Source of the DNA: an uncultured Gemmataceae bacterium
Lineage (GTDB): Bacteria > Planctomycetota > Planctomycetia > Gemmatales > Gemmataceae
Direction of reading: 5' to 3'
DNA: 64,000 bases
Assembly: GCA_963750165.1 (NCBI GenBank)
Contig: CAVVPN010000012.1
Coordinates: 384,001-448,000, forward strand
Each line of letters opens with the position of its first letter. The stretch's first letter is position 1. The translations under genes were made by a program, and so were the position numbers. Shown one piece after another: positions 42,203-51,480 of this stretch. Below the pieces are notes generated by a model. That model did not search any database, was not told the origin of the DNA, and saw only the letters and a program-made list of their open reading frames with translations.

Positions 42203-42945
42203 CAGGTCAGGCGTGCCCGCGGCTTCGGTTTCTTGAAGTCGTCGCGGTTGCCGCTGTAGATCATGATGTAGAAATACGGGTTGTCCATGTCGTGGACGCT
42301 GATACTGAAGCGTCCGCTGCGCAAATTGCCCGCGAACTCCAGCGCGCTTTTCTTGTTGAACTGATTGACGGACAGCACATAGACGTGCGCCACCTGCGCC
42401 GATTCATTGGGCCGGTTGAAGGCGAACACCAGATACGGGACGGGTTGCCCCTGAAACAGGGCCAGGTGATACCCTTCCAGCAGCCGATAGTTCAGATCCT
42501 CGGGCGCCTTCATCTGGACCTTGAACTCCTCCTTGAAAGCTTCCTCCACCTGCTTGTCCGTTGTCGGGGCGCGGTTCGCCGCCTGGGCGACGGCCGGCAA
42601 ATCCACGTCCGGCACCCGCGGAGCCCACAGTACATAACCGAGCCCGAGCCCGATGGTCAGCAGCAATACGGCGGCGGCGGCGACCTTCCCCCAGCCGCGC
42701 CGCCAGGCCTCGCGCTCCGCGTCCAGGCGCACCAGCAGTCGCTCGCGCAGGCCGCTCGGCACCTTCACAGCCTGCATGGCACGGCTGAAGCGGTCGTCGG
42801 CGCGGCGCTCGTCGTGCGCCAGGGCGGCGCAGGCGGCGCAACCGTCGAGGTGCTGTTGCAACGCTTCCGCTTCGGCCGCGTCGGTCTCCGTGGGATTGCT
42901 GGGGCGGACAAAAGCCAGGAGCAGACGGGCGGTGTTACAATCCAT
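42202..42945 (-). CDS. Zinc-binding (ZAS/zf-HC2) transmembrane anti-sigma factor
   Basis: MDC...HLDGCAAC (HxxxCxxC), VPSGLRERL, one TM, periplasmic domain; overlaps the ECF gene end. Confidence 0.88.
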   Translation of the reverse strand: MDCNTARLLLAFVRPSNPTETDAAEAEALQQHLDGCAACAALAHDERRADDRFSRAMQAVKVPSGLRERLLVRLDAEREAWRRGWGKVAAAAVLLLTIGLGLGYVLWAPRVPDVDLPAVAQAANRAPTTDKQVEEAFKEEFKVQMKAPEDLNYRLLEGYHLALFQGQPVPYLVFAFNRPNESAQVAHVYVLSVNQFNKKSALEFAGNLRSGRFSISVHDMDNPYFYIMIYSGNRDDFKKPKPRARLT

Positions 42946-43480
42946 CGTTCGCCCTCCCGGTGCCCTCGGTGACCGCCGCGGAGGCCGCCGGCAGCAGGCG
43001 AGCCCGCAGGTGGACCTTGGCACGTGCGAGCCGCGACATCACCGTACCGATCGGCAAATCCATCTGCTCGGCGATGTCGCGGTATGAGAACTCCTCAAAA
43101 TAATACAATATGATCGGGGTCCGATACACCTCAGGTAACTCGTTCAGTGCCTGCTGCAGCTGGTCGGGATCGACCTCGGGCAGCGGTTCGGGTAAACGCT
43201 CGGGTATGTCGCCGACCAGGTCCAGCGACACCGCCGGCCGTTGCTTCTCGGCGCGCGTGCGGTGGAGGTAGCCATTGCGCAGGATGCTGAACAGCCAGGC
43301 CTTGGCCCGGGCGGGGTCGCGGAGCTGGCCCAGTTTGAGCTGGGCCTGGCAAAAAGCCTCCTGGGTCAGGTCCTCGGCATCCGCGGCCGAGCCCGACAGA
43401 CGGTAGGCGTAGCGGTACAGAGCCGCGTAGTGTTCCTCGACCAGCTTCTGCACAGAACGTCTGTTGCTGGGCACGTTCAT
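42935..43480 (-). CDS. ECF RNA polymerase sigma factor
   Basis: DAEDLTQEAF, KAWLFSILRN, LPEVYR, SYRDIAEQMDLPIGTVMSRLARAK. Confidence 0.95.
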   Translation of the reverse strand: MNVPSNRRSVQKLVEEHYAALYRYAYRLSGSAADAEDLTQEAFCQAQLKLGQLRDPARAKAWLFSILRNGYLHRTRAEKQRPAVSLDLVGDIPERLPEPLPEVDPDQLQQALNELPEVYRTPIILYYFEEFSYRDIAEQMDLPIGTVMSRLARAKVHLRARLLPAASAAVTEGTGRANDGL

Positions 43481-43502
43481 GGGCCACCTTCTCCACCAAC
43501 GC

Positions 43503-43534
43503 ACGAGCCCGCGCCGGGACGATTTATTCCCGAA
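43503..43534 (-). promoter_or_regulatory. Candidate ECF autoregulatory promoter
   Basis: Minus strand TTCGGGAATAAA followed by a CTCGTG -10-like element, ~20 nt before the ECF start. Confidence 0.5.
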
Positions 43535-43753
43535 CGGGGAGAAATTTCAAAAAAAACCGCCGAGCCCCCTACCACTGCCGTGCGGCCTTCTTATAACGCA
43601 TGGGTAGACTACGCGAAGCCACGGTCCCTGGGCAACTCAATTCATCCCTCCGGGGCGGATTGCGCTGCCCGAACCTGGGAATCCACCACTGACACGCCGT
43701 GGCCACCCCCACCCGGGGGACGAACGGAAGCCCCAGGGCCGCGGGAATTTTTT

Positions 43754-43785
43754 TTCGGGAATAAAACACGCAGGTTGGTGTCATA
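43754..43785 (+). promoter_or_regulatory. Candidate ECF-dependent promoter for the lipoprotein cluster
   Basis: Same 12-mer TTCGGGAATAAA; GGAATA-N16-GTCATA. Confidence 0.5.
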
Positions 43786-43866
43786 GCCTACGAACTCGGC
43801 AGTCGGGGATACTGACCGAGGATGTTTCTCCCCATTTCGCACCTGTGTGGAAAGGACGGACAAACC

Positions 43867-44364
43867 GTGCAGAAGCTCCTGGGAATTCTGGTGATGGGCC
43901 TGGCCTTCACCCTGATGGCCGGCACCGTCGGCTGCCAAAAGGAGAAGGACAAGGAAAAGGACAAGAAGGAGACCGCCGCCGGCAAGGACAAGGACAAGGA
44001 CAAGGACAAGGAAAAGGACAAGGAAAAGGAAAAGGACAAGGAAAAGGACAAGGACAAGGGGAAGACCACCACGTACGAATTTGACACCATCAAGGAACAG
44101 AAGGTGGACAAGGCGACCGGCAAGAAGGGCACCCTGAAAGTGGCCGTGGAGTTGAAGGAAAAGGCCGCCCACAAACTGACCATCACCGCCACGAGCAAGG
44201 ACAAGGGCATCACCGGCACCGGTGAGATCACCAAGGGCGACAAGAAGGGCGATGTCATGCTTACCTTCGTGGATGTCGCTCAGGGCGATCACACCGTGGA
44301 TCTCGCTATCGGTGGCACGGACAGCACCGGCAAGGGCTCGTTCACTCTGAAGGTCGAAAAGTAA
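43867..44364 (+). CDS. Lipoprotein with a (KD/KE)n tract and a C-terminal beta-rich domain
   Basis: GTG start, signal ending TVGC, KEKDKEKDK... repeats, Ig-like-looking C-terminus ending FTLKVEK. Confidence 0.8.
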   Translation: MQKLLGILVMGLAFTLMAGTVGCQKEKDKEKDKKETAAGKDKDKDKDKEKDKEKEKDKEKDKDKGKTTTYEFDTIKEQKVDKATGKKGTLKVAVELKEKAAHKLTITATSKDKGITGTGEITKGDKKGDVMLTFVDVAQGDHTVDLAIGGTDSTGKGSFTLKVEK

Positions 44365-44483
44365 CGCCTCCTCAACGTCAAGATTTGGTGACTCGACACG
44401 CACTTTTCTGTGAATGACGCCTGAATATGATGGGATATTCAGGATCAGCTAGTGTTTGAACCTCGCGAAAGGATGGTTTTCCT

Positions 44484-44633
44484 GTGAAGAAATTGCTCAC
44501 GCTTCTGGCCGCTGTGGCGTTGGTCTTCTCCTTGACCATCGCCAACGTCGGCTGCAACAAGGAAAAGGAAAAGGAAAAGGACAAGGCCGGCGAGAAGGAC
44601 AAGGACAAGGACAAGGACAAGGACAAGAAGTAA
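44484..44633 (+). CDS. 49-aa micro-lipoprotein, mature part almost purely K/E/D (not in ORF track)
   Basis: MKKLLTLLAAVALVFSLTIANVG-CNKEKEKEKDKAGEKDKDKDKDKDKK*; AAAGGA RBS upstream. Confidence 0.75.
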   Translation: MKKLLTLLAAVALVFSLTIANVGCNKEKEKEKDKAGEKDKDKDKDKDKK

Positions 44634-44655
44634 TCCACGTCTGACGATCCAACAG

Positions 44656-44684
44656 GAGCCGGCCACCCCCGTGGCCGGCTCTTT
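44656..44684 (+). terminator. Putative terminator after the micro-lipoprotein
   Basis: GAGCCGGCCAC-cccc-GTGGCCGGCTC followed by TTT. Confidence 0.55.
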
Positions 44685-44716
44685 GCACTTCGGTTGCCCA
44701 GGGCGAGGGAACGAAC

Positions 44717-44848
44717 GTGAAACACTTCCTGGCTTTTCTGCTACTGCTGGCGGTGACGGTGCCGCTGCTGCTCGGCTGCGGCGGCGACAAGGAAAACAAG
44801 AATAGTAACCGCGACCGCGACAAGCCGAAGCCCGCGAGCGGCTTCTGA
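44717..44848 (+). CDS. 43-aa micro-lipoprotein (not in ORF track)
   Basis: MKHFLAFLLLLAVTVPLLLG-CGGDKENKNSNRDRDKPKPASGF*; GAGGGA RBS. Confidence 0.7.
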   Translation: MKHFLAFLLLLAVTVPLLLGCGGDKENKNSNRDRDKPKPASGF

Positions 44849-44869
44849 GCGACGGTGCCCGACGCTTCT

Positions 44870-44937
44870 GGCGAGCGGCGCGGCGTCAGGCCGCCGGTAC
44901 GGTGAAGCACCGGCGGGTTGACGCCGCGCCGCTCGCC
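44870..44937. repeat. REP/MITE-like hairpin (family C)
   Basis: Arms nearly identical to 7170-7254. Confidence 0.85.
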
Positions 44938-45004
44938 CACCGCTGGCCTTGCCTCCCGCCCCGGCGGCTGCGATGATGACCAGGAAAAAAGGAGCCACCC
45001 CGCC

Positions 45005-46144
45005 ATGTCGCAGCCGCCGCTGGGCCGCAGCACACCGCTGGTGCCGCCGCTGTATCTGTCCTCCGTCTACACCCTGCCGGACCTCGACGCGCTCGACCGC
45101 ATCATCAACGCGGAGGAGCCCGGCTACGTCTACGCCCGCGACGCCCACCCCAACGCCCGCCACCTGGCGGCCGAGCTGGCAGCGCTGGAGGCCGCCGACT
45201 GGGCCGTCATCTGCGGTTCCGGCATGGCCGCCATCAGCGCGTTCCTGCTCGCCATTCTGCAACAGGGCGACCGCCTTGTCGCCGGCAACCGTCTGTACGG
45301 CCGCACTGCCCAGCTGTTCGACCCGGAGCTGACGCGCTTCGGCATCCGCACCACCTTCGTCGATGCCAACGACCTCGACGCCGTCAAGCGGGCCCTGGCG
45401 GAGCCGGCGAAGGTGCTGTTCGTTGAGACGCTGTCCAATCCGCTGCTACGCCTGGTGGACGTGCCGGCGCTGGCGCAGCTGGCGCGCGAGCGGCACTGCC
45501 TGCTCATGGTGGACAACACCTTCGCGACGCCGGTGCTGACCCGGCCGCTGACGCTGGGTGCCGACATCGTGATGGAGAGCCTGACGAAGATGATCGGCGG
45601 CCACTCCGACGTGACGCTGGGCGTGGTGGCCGGCAAGGGCGAGCTGCTGCCACAGGTCAGCGCGACGGTGAGTATCTGGGGGCTGGCGAGCAACCCGTTC
45701 GACTGCTGGCTGGCGCAGCGCGGCCTGGCGACGCTGCCGTTGCGGATGCGGGCGGCGTCGGCGAACGCGACGCGGTTGGCGGACTGGCTGGCGGACCAGG
45801 GCGGTGTGCAGCGCGTCGTCTACCCGGGCCGGCAGGACCACCCCGACCATGCGCTGGCGAAGACGCTGTTGCAGGGCGGCTGCGGCAACATGCTGAGCTT
45901 CGAGGTGCGCGGCGGTCGCGAGGGAGTGAATCGGTTCATGCGATTGGCGCCGGGGGTGCCGTTCAGCCCGTCGCTGGGCAACACGACAACGACGCTGAGC
46001 CATCCGGCGTCCACGTCGCACCGTTACGTCAGCCCAGCAGAGCGGCGGCGGCAGGGCATCACCGATGAGCTGATTCGGCTGTCCGTCGGTGTTGAGGAAT
46101 TCGAGCACATCCAGCGCGAGATGGCGAAGGGGCTGGCGGGGTAG
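45005..46144 (+). CDS. Cys/Met metabolism PLP-dependent enzyme (cystathionine gamma-synthase/lyase family)
   Basis: YARDAHPN, SGMAAI, ETLSNP, VDNTFATP, SLTKMIGGHSD, SLG, IRLSVGVE. Confidence 0.93.
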   Translation: MSQPPLGRSTPLVPPLYLSSVYTLPDLDALDRIINAEEPGYVYARDAHPNARHLAAELAALEAADWAVICGSGMAAISAFLLAILQQGDRLVAGNRLYGRTAQLFDPELTRFGIRTTFVDANDLDAVKRALAEPAKVLFVETLSNPLLRLVDVPALAQLARERHCLLMVDNTFATPVLTRPLTLGADIVMESLTKMIGGHSDVTLGVVAGKGELLPQVSATVSIWGLASNPFDCWLAQRGLATLPLRMRAASANATRLADWLADQGGVQRVVYPGRQDHPDHALAKTLLQGGCGNMLSFEVRGGREGVNRFMRLAPGVPFSPSLGNTTTTLSHPASTSHRYVSPAERRRQGITDELIRLSVGVEEFEHIQREMAKGLAG

Positions 46145-46163
46145 GGTGTGGCTGTCTTCGTTC

Positions 46164-46216
46164 GTAGTACCGCCTTCAGGCGGGTGGGAGCGAAGACCGC
46201 CTGAAGGCGGTACCAT
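46164..46216. repeat. GTAG-type REP doublet (family F)
   Basis: GTAGTACCGCCTTCAGGCGG...CCGCCTGAAGGCGGTAC. Confidence 0.75.
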
Positions 46217-46248
46217 GAACGAAGCAGCCCGCCACGGAGGGTCAGCGA

Positions 46249-47061
46249 ATGCCCAGCGCATTCTGGCTGCGGCTGCGGCGGTGGTGGTTGCTGCCGCTGG
46301 AACTGGGCGACTGCCTGCGTGGCCGGCGCGACCCGCTGCTGCCGCCGCGCTGGCTGCGTCTGGCGGCCGGCGGCGACTTCACGGCCGTCGGCGACCGCGT
46401 GTTGACGCACTGCCGCGAGCTGGCGGACCTGCGGCCCACGGACCGCGTGCTGGAGGTCGGCTGCGGTGTCGGCCGCATCGCCCGGGCGCTGGCAACGTAC
46501 CTGGAACCGCCCGGTTCCTATGACGGCTTTGACGTGGTGGCTTCGGCCGTGCGCTGGTGTCAACGGCACCTGACGCCACGCTATCCGCACTTCCGCTTCC
46601 AACACGTGGACCTGCGCAACGGCGGCTACAACCCGCGCGGCCGGCTCCGCGCCGAGGACTTCGCCTTCCCACACGCGGACGCCAGCTTCGACCTGGTGCT
46701 GCTGGCGTCGGTGTGTACGCACCTGCTGCCGGCGGAAGTGACGCACTACCTGGCGGAGGTGGCGCGGGTGCTGCGGCCCGGCGGCCGGTTGCTGGCGACG
46801 TTCTTCCTGCTCAACGCGGAGTCGCTGGCGCGGATGGCCGGCCCGGACAGTCGCTTCAACTTCGCACACACCGGCCCGGGCTACCGCACGACGCGGCCGG
46901 ATCGCCCCGAGGTCGCGGTGGCCTACGCCGAGGACGACCTGCGCCGCCTGCTCGACCAGGCCGGTTTGGCACCGCGGGGGTCGATCGCGTATGGCAGCTG
47001 GTGCGGCCGTGCCGGTGCGCGCGAGGGCCAGGACGTGCTCGTGGCGCAGAAGAATTGCTAA
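46249..47061 (+). CDS. Class I SAM-dependent methyltransferase
   Basis: VLEVGCGVGRIA, SFDLVLLASVCTHL, RVLRPGG. Confidence 0.9.
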   Translation: MPSAFWLRLRRWWLLPLELGDCLRGRRDPLLPPRWLRLAAGGDFTAVGDRVLTHCRELADLRPTDRVLEVGCGVGRIARALATYLEPPGSYDGFDVVASAVRWCQRHLTPRYPHFRFQHVDLRNGGYNPRGRLRAEDFAFPHADASFDLVLLASVCTHLLPAEVTHYLAEVARVLRPGGRLLATFFLLNAESLARMAGPDSRFNFAHTGPGYRTTRPDRPEVAVAYAEDDLRRLLDQAGLAPRGSIAYGSWCGRAGAREGQDVLVAQKNC

Positions 47062-47143
47062 GAGCGGTTTGCCCTGGGGTGTAGCGGAAGTCGCCAGACT
47101 TCCGTCCGGCGCTGCACGGAAGTCTGGCGACTTCCACTACACC
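47059..47143. repeat. GTAG-type REP element (family G) with an outer end overlapping a stop codon
   Basis: TAAGAGCGGTTTGC...GGTGTAGCGGAAGTCGCCAGACTTCCG...CGGAAGTCTGGCGACTTCCACTACACC; related copy at 55000-55048. Confidence 0.8.
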
Positions 47144-47209
47144 TATCGAAAAAACAACGGGGGCGGGCGGACCTGACCCACCCGCCTCCGTTCGTATGCC
47201 GTCACGATG

Positions 47210-49156
47210 TCACTTGGCGCCCCACAACCGTACGGTGTTGTCCTGGCTGCCGGACACCAGGAACCGGCCGTCCGGCGAAAAGTCCAGCGCCCGCACGTAG
47301 TTCGTGTGGCCCGTCAGCTGCCGCAGTTCCTTGCCGCTGTGGAGGTCGAAGACGCGGATGACGTTATTGTTGTTGTTGAACTGCACGGTGCCGTCGTTCA
47401 GTACCATGCCGCCGCCGCAGGCCGTGTACACCCGCCGGCCGTCCGGCGAGATCGCCACGTACCACACCATGCCCGGATGCGTCAACTGCCGCAGTTCCTT
47501 GCCCGCGTCCACGTCCCAGACCTTGACGGTGTTGTCGAAGCTGCTCGTCACCGCGCGCTTGCCGTCCGGCGACAGCGCCACGTGCTGCACCGATTTGTTG
47601 TGCTTGAACTGCCGCACTTCCTGGCCCGTCTCCAGGTTCCACACCCGCACCGTGAAGTCCACGCTGCAGCTGATCGCCCGCTTGCCGTCCTTGCTGATGC
47701 CCAGGCCGTTGATGTAGTTCGTGTGACCGGTCATCGTTCGCAGGGCGTTGTTGCCGTTGTTCAGGTCGAAGATGCGGATCGAGCGGTCGTCGCAGGCGCT
47801 GATGACCTTGTTGCCCGGCAGGAAGCGGACGGCTCGCACCCAGTCGTTGTGGCCGAAGTAGCGGCGGACTTCCTGGCCGGTTTCCAGGTTCCACAGTCGC
47901 ATGCTGTTGTCCGTGCTGCCCGACAGGCCGTACTTCCTGTCCGGCGAGATGGCCACGCTCTGGATGGAGCCGTTGTGGCCGAAGAAGTCGCGTTTCTTTT
48001 GACCGTTGGTCGCGTCCCAGAGCCGCACAGCGTTGTCACCGCTGCCGCCCGAGAGAATCAACTTGCCGTCGCTGCTGATGGTCACCGACTGCACGCCGCC
48101 GACGTGTGCTTCGATCTTGCGCAACTCGGTGGTGATCTCCGCCCCCGAGAAGGACACCACGCCCGAACCGGCCGGGAACAGCCGGGCCAGCTCCTCGACC
48201 TGTTTTTCGATGCGCACCTTGGTCAGGCCGTTCAGCATCGGCAGCGCGATCTGATACCAGTGATAGGCCCGGCGGAAGGTCTGACGCTGGGCCAGGCCCT
48301 TGTCCTTTTCGCCCAGTTCGTACCACAGATCGGCCAGAGCCACCTGCTCGCGCGGCACCTTGGGGTGGCCCAGGTCGCGCTCGGCGAGGGCTTTGAGAAC
48401 GGCGTCGGTGCCCTTGGCCAGCAGCGGCAGGCCCTTGTCGTAGTTGCCCTTGGCGAAGCAGTAGTATTTGCCGACCGCCAGGGCCGCTTCCTTGTCGGTG
48501 CCGGCCTTCGCCAGCAGCGGCTTGATGTTGTCGAAGGCCTTCCGGGCGTCCTTGACCTCGTCGAGCCGCTTCTGGACGCGGGCGGCCAGGGCCAGCTTCT
48601 CGCTCTTGACGGCGGCCTTGTCGGCGGTGGCGACCAGCTTGTCCGCGGCGGCGAAGTTATCGACGTTCAGCGCTTCCTCGACCAGGTTCAGCAGCGCCTC
48701 GGTCAGGGCGATGGCGTCCTCCCGGGAGGTGGTGTTCTTCTCCACCTGGGCGTAAATCGACGCCTTCATCTCCACGGTATCGACCTTGAAGAGCTTGCTC
48801 AGCTCGCCGATGGCCTCCAGAGCGCCGGTGTTGTCGCCGGCGCGGGCGAACAATTCGCTGGCCAGCTTCAGGGCCATGAATTGCAGATGATCGTCGTCCT
48901 TTTCCATCTTGCCCTGACTGAGCAGTTCGCCGCCCAGAGACTGGGCGGCGGCCTTGTCCGTCAGGGCCTCCTTGAACCGGGCGGCGAACAGTTTGGAGAT
49001 GGTGGCCTCGGCCTTGCCCTGATCTTCCGCGCTGGGCACGTTTTTCTTCAGACCGGGCTCCTGGGCGTCCATCGGCACGACGGCCAGCAGCAGCGATACC
49101 GCCGCGACCGCCGCGAACAGGGCGGCGATGCGACGCAGGGATGGTGAACACAACAT
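47210..49156 (-). CDS. Secreted WD40-repeat protein with an N-terminal helical domain
   Basis: Signal peptide; GKYYCFAKG..DKGLPLL domain; seven WD40 repeats (GH...V..V.FSPDG...SGS.DNTVRLW). Confidence 0.92.
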   Translation of the reverse strand: MLCSPSLRRIAALFAAVAAVSLLLAVVPMDAQEPGLKKNVPSAEDQGKAEATISKLFAARFKEALTDKAAAQSLGGELLSQGKMEKDDDHLQFMALKLASELFARAGDNTGALEAIGELSKLFKVDTVEMKASIYAQVEKNTTSREDAIALTEALLNLVEEALNVDNFAAADKLVATADKAAVKSEKLALAARVQKRLDEVKDARKAFDNIKPLLAKAGTDKEAALAVGKYYCFAKGNYDKGLPLLAKGTDAVLKALAERDLGHPKVPREQVALADLWYELGEKDKGLAQRQTFRRAYHWYQIALPMLNGLTKVRIEKQVEELARLFPAGSGVVSFSGAEITTELRKIEAHVGGVQSVTISSDGKLILSGGSGDNAVRLWDATNGQKKRDFFGHNGSIQSVAISPDRKYGLSGSTDNSMRLWNLETGQEVRRYFGHNDWVRAVRFLPGNKVISACDDRSIRIFDLNNGNNALRTMTGHTNYINGLGISKDGKRAISCSVDFTVRVWNLETGQEVRQFKHNKSVQHVALSPDGKRAVTSSFDNTVKVWDVDAGKELRQLTHPGMVWYVAISPDGRRVYTACGGGMVLNDGTVQFNNNNNVIRVFDLHSGKELRQLTGHTNYVRALDFSPDGRFLVSGSQDNTVRLWGAK

Positions 49157-49309
49157 GGGGACCTCTACTTGGAAGTGTGACTGGGTACGACCTGGGGAAA
49201 CTCCGTCCTTTTCACACTACAGTGGCGGGACGGTCGCAGGTTGTCAACCAAAATTATCGCGCTCCAACCCAACATGACGACGCAGCGGCCACCGCGCTAA
49301 CCGTTTGGG

Positions 49310-51256
49310 TCATTTCGCGCCCCACAGCCGCACCGTACCGTCCTGGGCACCGGTCACCAGCACCCGGCCGTCCGCCGACAGGGTCAGCGTCATCACCCAC
49401 TGCGTATGGCCGCTCAGCGTCCGCAGTTCCTTGCCGGTTTGCAGGTCGAAGACACGCACCAGGTTGTTCGTGTTGCTGGGCTGCACCCCGCCGTTCACCA
49501 CCACACCGCCGCCGCTGGCGGTGTAAACGCGGCGGCTGTCCGGCGAGATCGCCACCTGCCACACCATGCCCGGGTGGGCCAGGGTGTGCAGCACCTTGTT
49601 GTTATCCACGTCCCAGACCTTGACGGTGTTGTCGTAACTGGTCGTCACCGCCCGCTTGCCGTCCGCTGACAGCGCCACGTGCTGCACCAGCAGCGTGAAC
49701 TGCAGCCGGCGCACTTCCTGCCCCGTCTCCAGGTTCCAGATGCGCGCGGTGTTGTCGCTGCTGCTGGTGGCGGCGCGTTTGCCGTCCTTGCTGACGGCCA
49801 CGCTGGTCATGTACGCCGTGTGGCCGGCCATCCTCCGGACCAGGTTGCCGTTGTTCAGGTCGAAGACGCGCACCTGGCCGTCGTCGCAGCCGGAGATCAC
49901 GTATTTGCCGCCCGGTACGAACTGGACCGCACGGATCGCGCCGCCGTGGCCGTTGAAGCGGCGCACCTCCTGACCGGTTTGCAGATTCCACAACCGCAGC
50001 GTGTTGTCGTTGCTGCCCGTCAGGCCCAGCTTGCCGTCCGCCGACACGGCCACGCCCATGGCGGCACCGTTGTTGATGCGAAAGTCTTGTTTTTTCTGGC
50101 CGGTGGCCGCGTCCCAGGCGCGGGCGATCACCTCGTTGTAGCTGCCCGTCATGACCACTTTGCCGTCCGCGCTGACCGCCACCGAGTTCACCTGCCCCTG
50201 GTGGGCCTGGCCGATGACGCGCTGCTCCTTCGCGATCTCCACCGTCAACGTCGCGCCGGTCACCGGGAACAGTTTGGTCAGTTCCTCGGCACGCATCTGC
50301 ACGCGGTCCTGCGTCAGGCCCTCGACCTCTGGCAGCGCCAGCTGATACCAGTGCAGCGCCCGGCGGAACAGCTGTCGCTGAGCCAGGCCCTTTTCCGACT
50401 TCGCCAGCTTGTACCAGTCGTGAGCCAGGTCCGCCTTGAGCTTGCCCTTGGCGGGCGCGGCCAGATCGCGCAGCGCCAGCTTTTTCAGCTCGGCGTGGTC
50501 GCCGCGGGCCAGCAGTGGCAGCCCCTTGTCGAACCGGCCCTTGAGGAAGCATAAGTAACGGCCGACCTCGCGGTGCGCCTCGGCGTCATCGGGGTTCTTG
50601 GCGACGCGTGCCACGAACGGCTTGACGGCTTCCGCAGCGGCTTTCGCCTCCTTGATCTCCTTGCCGCGGCCCTCCACCCGCGAGGCCAGCTGCAACTTGC
50701 CGGTCTTGACCACCGCCTTGTCGGCGACGGCCAGGAGCTTGTCGGCGGTGGCGAAGTGGTCGGCGGCCAGCGCGTCGTCGAGCAGGCCGAGCACCATCTC
50801 GGTCAGGGCGATGGCGTCCTCCTTGTTGGTGGTCTCCTTCTCCACCCGGGCGTAAATGGCGGCCTTCAGGTCGAGGGTGTCAACGGTGAACGACCGGGCC
50901 AACTCCTCGACGGCCTCCAGGGCGGCGGCATTGTCGCCGCCCTGTGCCGCCAGTTCGCTGGCCCGCTTCAGGCCCGCGAAGCGCAGGGCGTCGTCGTCGT
51001 GGGTGATCCGGGCTCGGGTCAGCAGGTAGTCGGCCAACTCGCGCGCCACGGCCTTGTCCTTCAACGCCTCCTTCAGCTTCGTAGCGAACAATTCCGCCAG
51101 CACGGCCTCAGCCTGGCCCAGGGCGGCGGCGTCCGGGGCGGGCCGTTTCTTGACCGGCTGCTGGCCGCCCGTCGGCGCCACCAGAGCCAGCACCAGGGCC
51201 GCCACAACCGCCGCCAACAGAGCGACGCCGGGCGAAAGCGGTGTTCGAGATGTCAT
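49310..51256 (-). CDS. Secreted WD40-repeat protein, tandem paralog of 47210..49156
   Basis: Start MTSRTPLSPG with a GGAGG RBS; colinear similarity throughout; both end VRLWGAK. Confidence 0.92.
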   Translation of the reverse strand: MTSRTPLSPGVALLAAVVAALVLALVAPTGGQQPVKKRPAPDAAALGQAEAVLAELFATKLKEALKDKAVARELADYLLTRARITHDDDALRFAGLKRASELAAQGGDNAAALEAVEELARSFTVDTLDLKAAIYARVEKETTNKEDAIALTEMVLGLLDDALAADHFATADKLLAVADKAVVKTGKLQLASRVEGRGKEIKEAKAAAEAVKPFVARVAKNPDDAEAHREVGRYLCFLKGRFDKGLPLLARGDHAELKKLALRDLAAPAKGKLKADLAHDWYKLAKSEKGLAQRQLFRRALHWYQLALPEVEGLTQDRVQMRAEELTKLFPVTGATLTVEIAKEQRVIGQAHQGQVNSVAVSADGKVVMTGSYNEVIARAWDAATGQKKQDFRINNGAAMGVAVSADGKLGLTGSNDNTLRLWNLQTGQEVRRFNGHGGAIRAVQFVPGGKYVISGCDDGQVRVFDLNNGNLVRRMAGHTAYMTSVAVSKDGKRAATSSSDNTARIWNLETGQEVRRLQFTLLVQHVALSADGKRAVTTSYDNTVKVWDVDNNKVLHTLAHPGMVWQVAISPDSRRVYTASGGGVVVNGGVQPSNTNNLVRVFDLQTGKELRTLSGHTQWVMTLTLSADGRVLVTGAQDGTVRLWGAK

Positions 51257-51480
51257 GCTACCTCCGTGGATGGGGTGGGGAGTCCTCCGCTGGTAGCGTA
51301 GCGGAAGAGCGGAACGCCGCCAGTGGAGGAAAGAGGCGCTATGCCCCAAATATCGACGAATCAGCCGGCCGTGCGGATTCAGCACAGGCGAAGTGCAGGG
51401 CGGCTGACGCCGGCGGATCGGGTTAAAAGACGAACGGCCGGGCCCATCGGCCCGGCCGTTCCGTGGAGTTACCCCGGACC

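Noticed and set aside
43939..44630. AAGGAC/AAGGAA tandem repeats as a CRISPR array or non-coding microsatellite
   Set aside because: They are in-frame codons for KD/KE tracts of lipoproteins; no spacers and no cas genes
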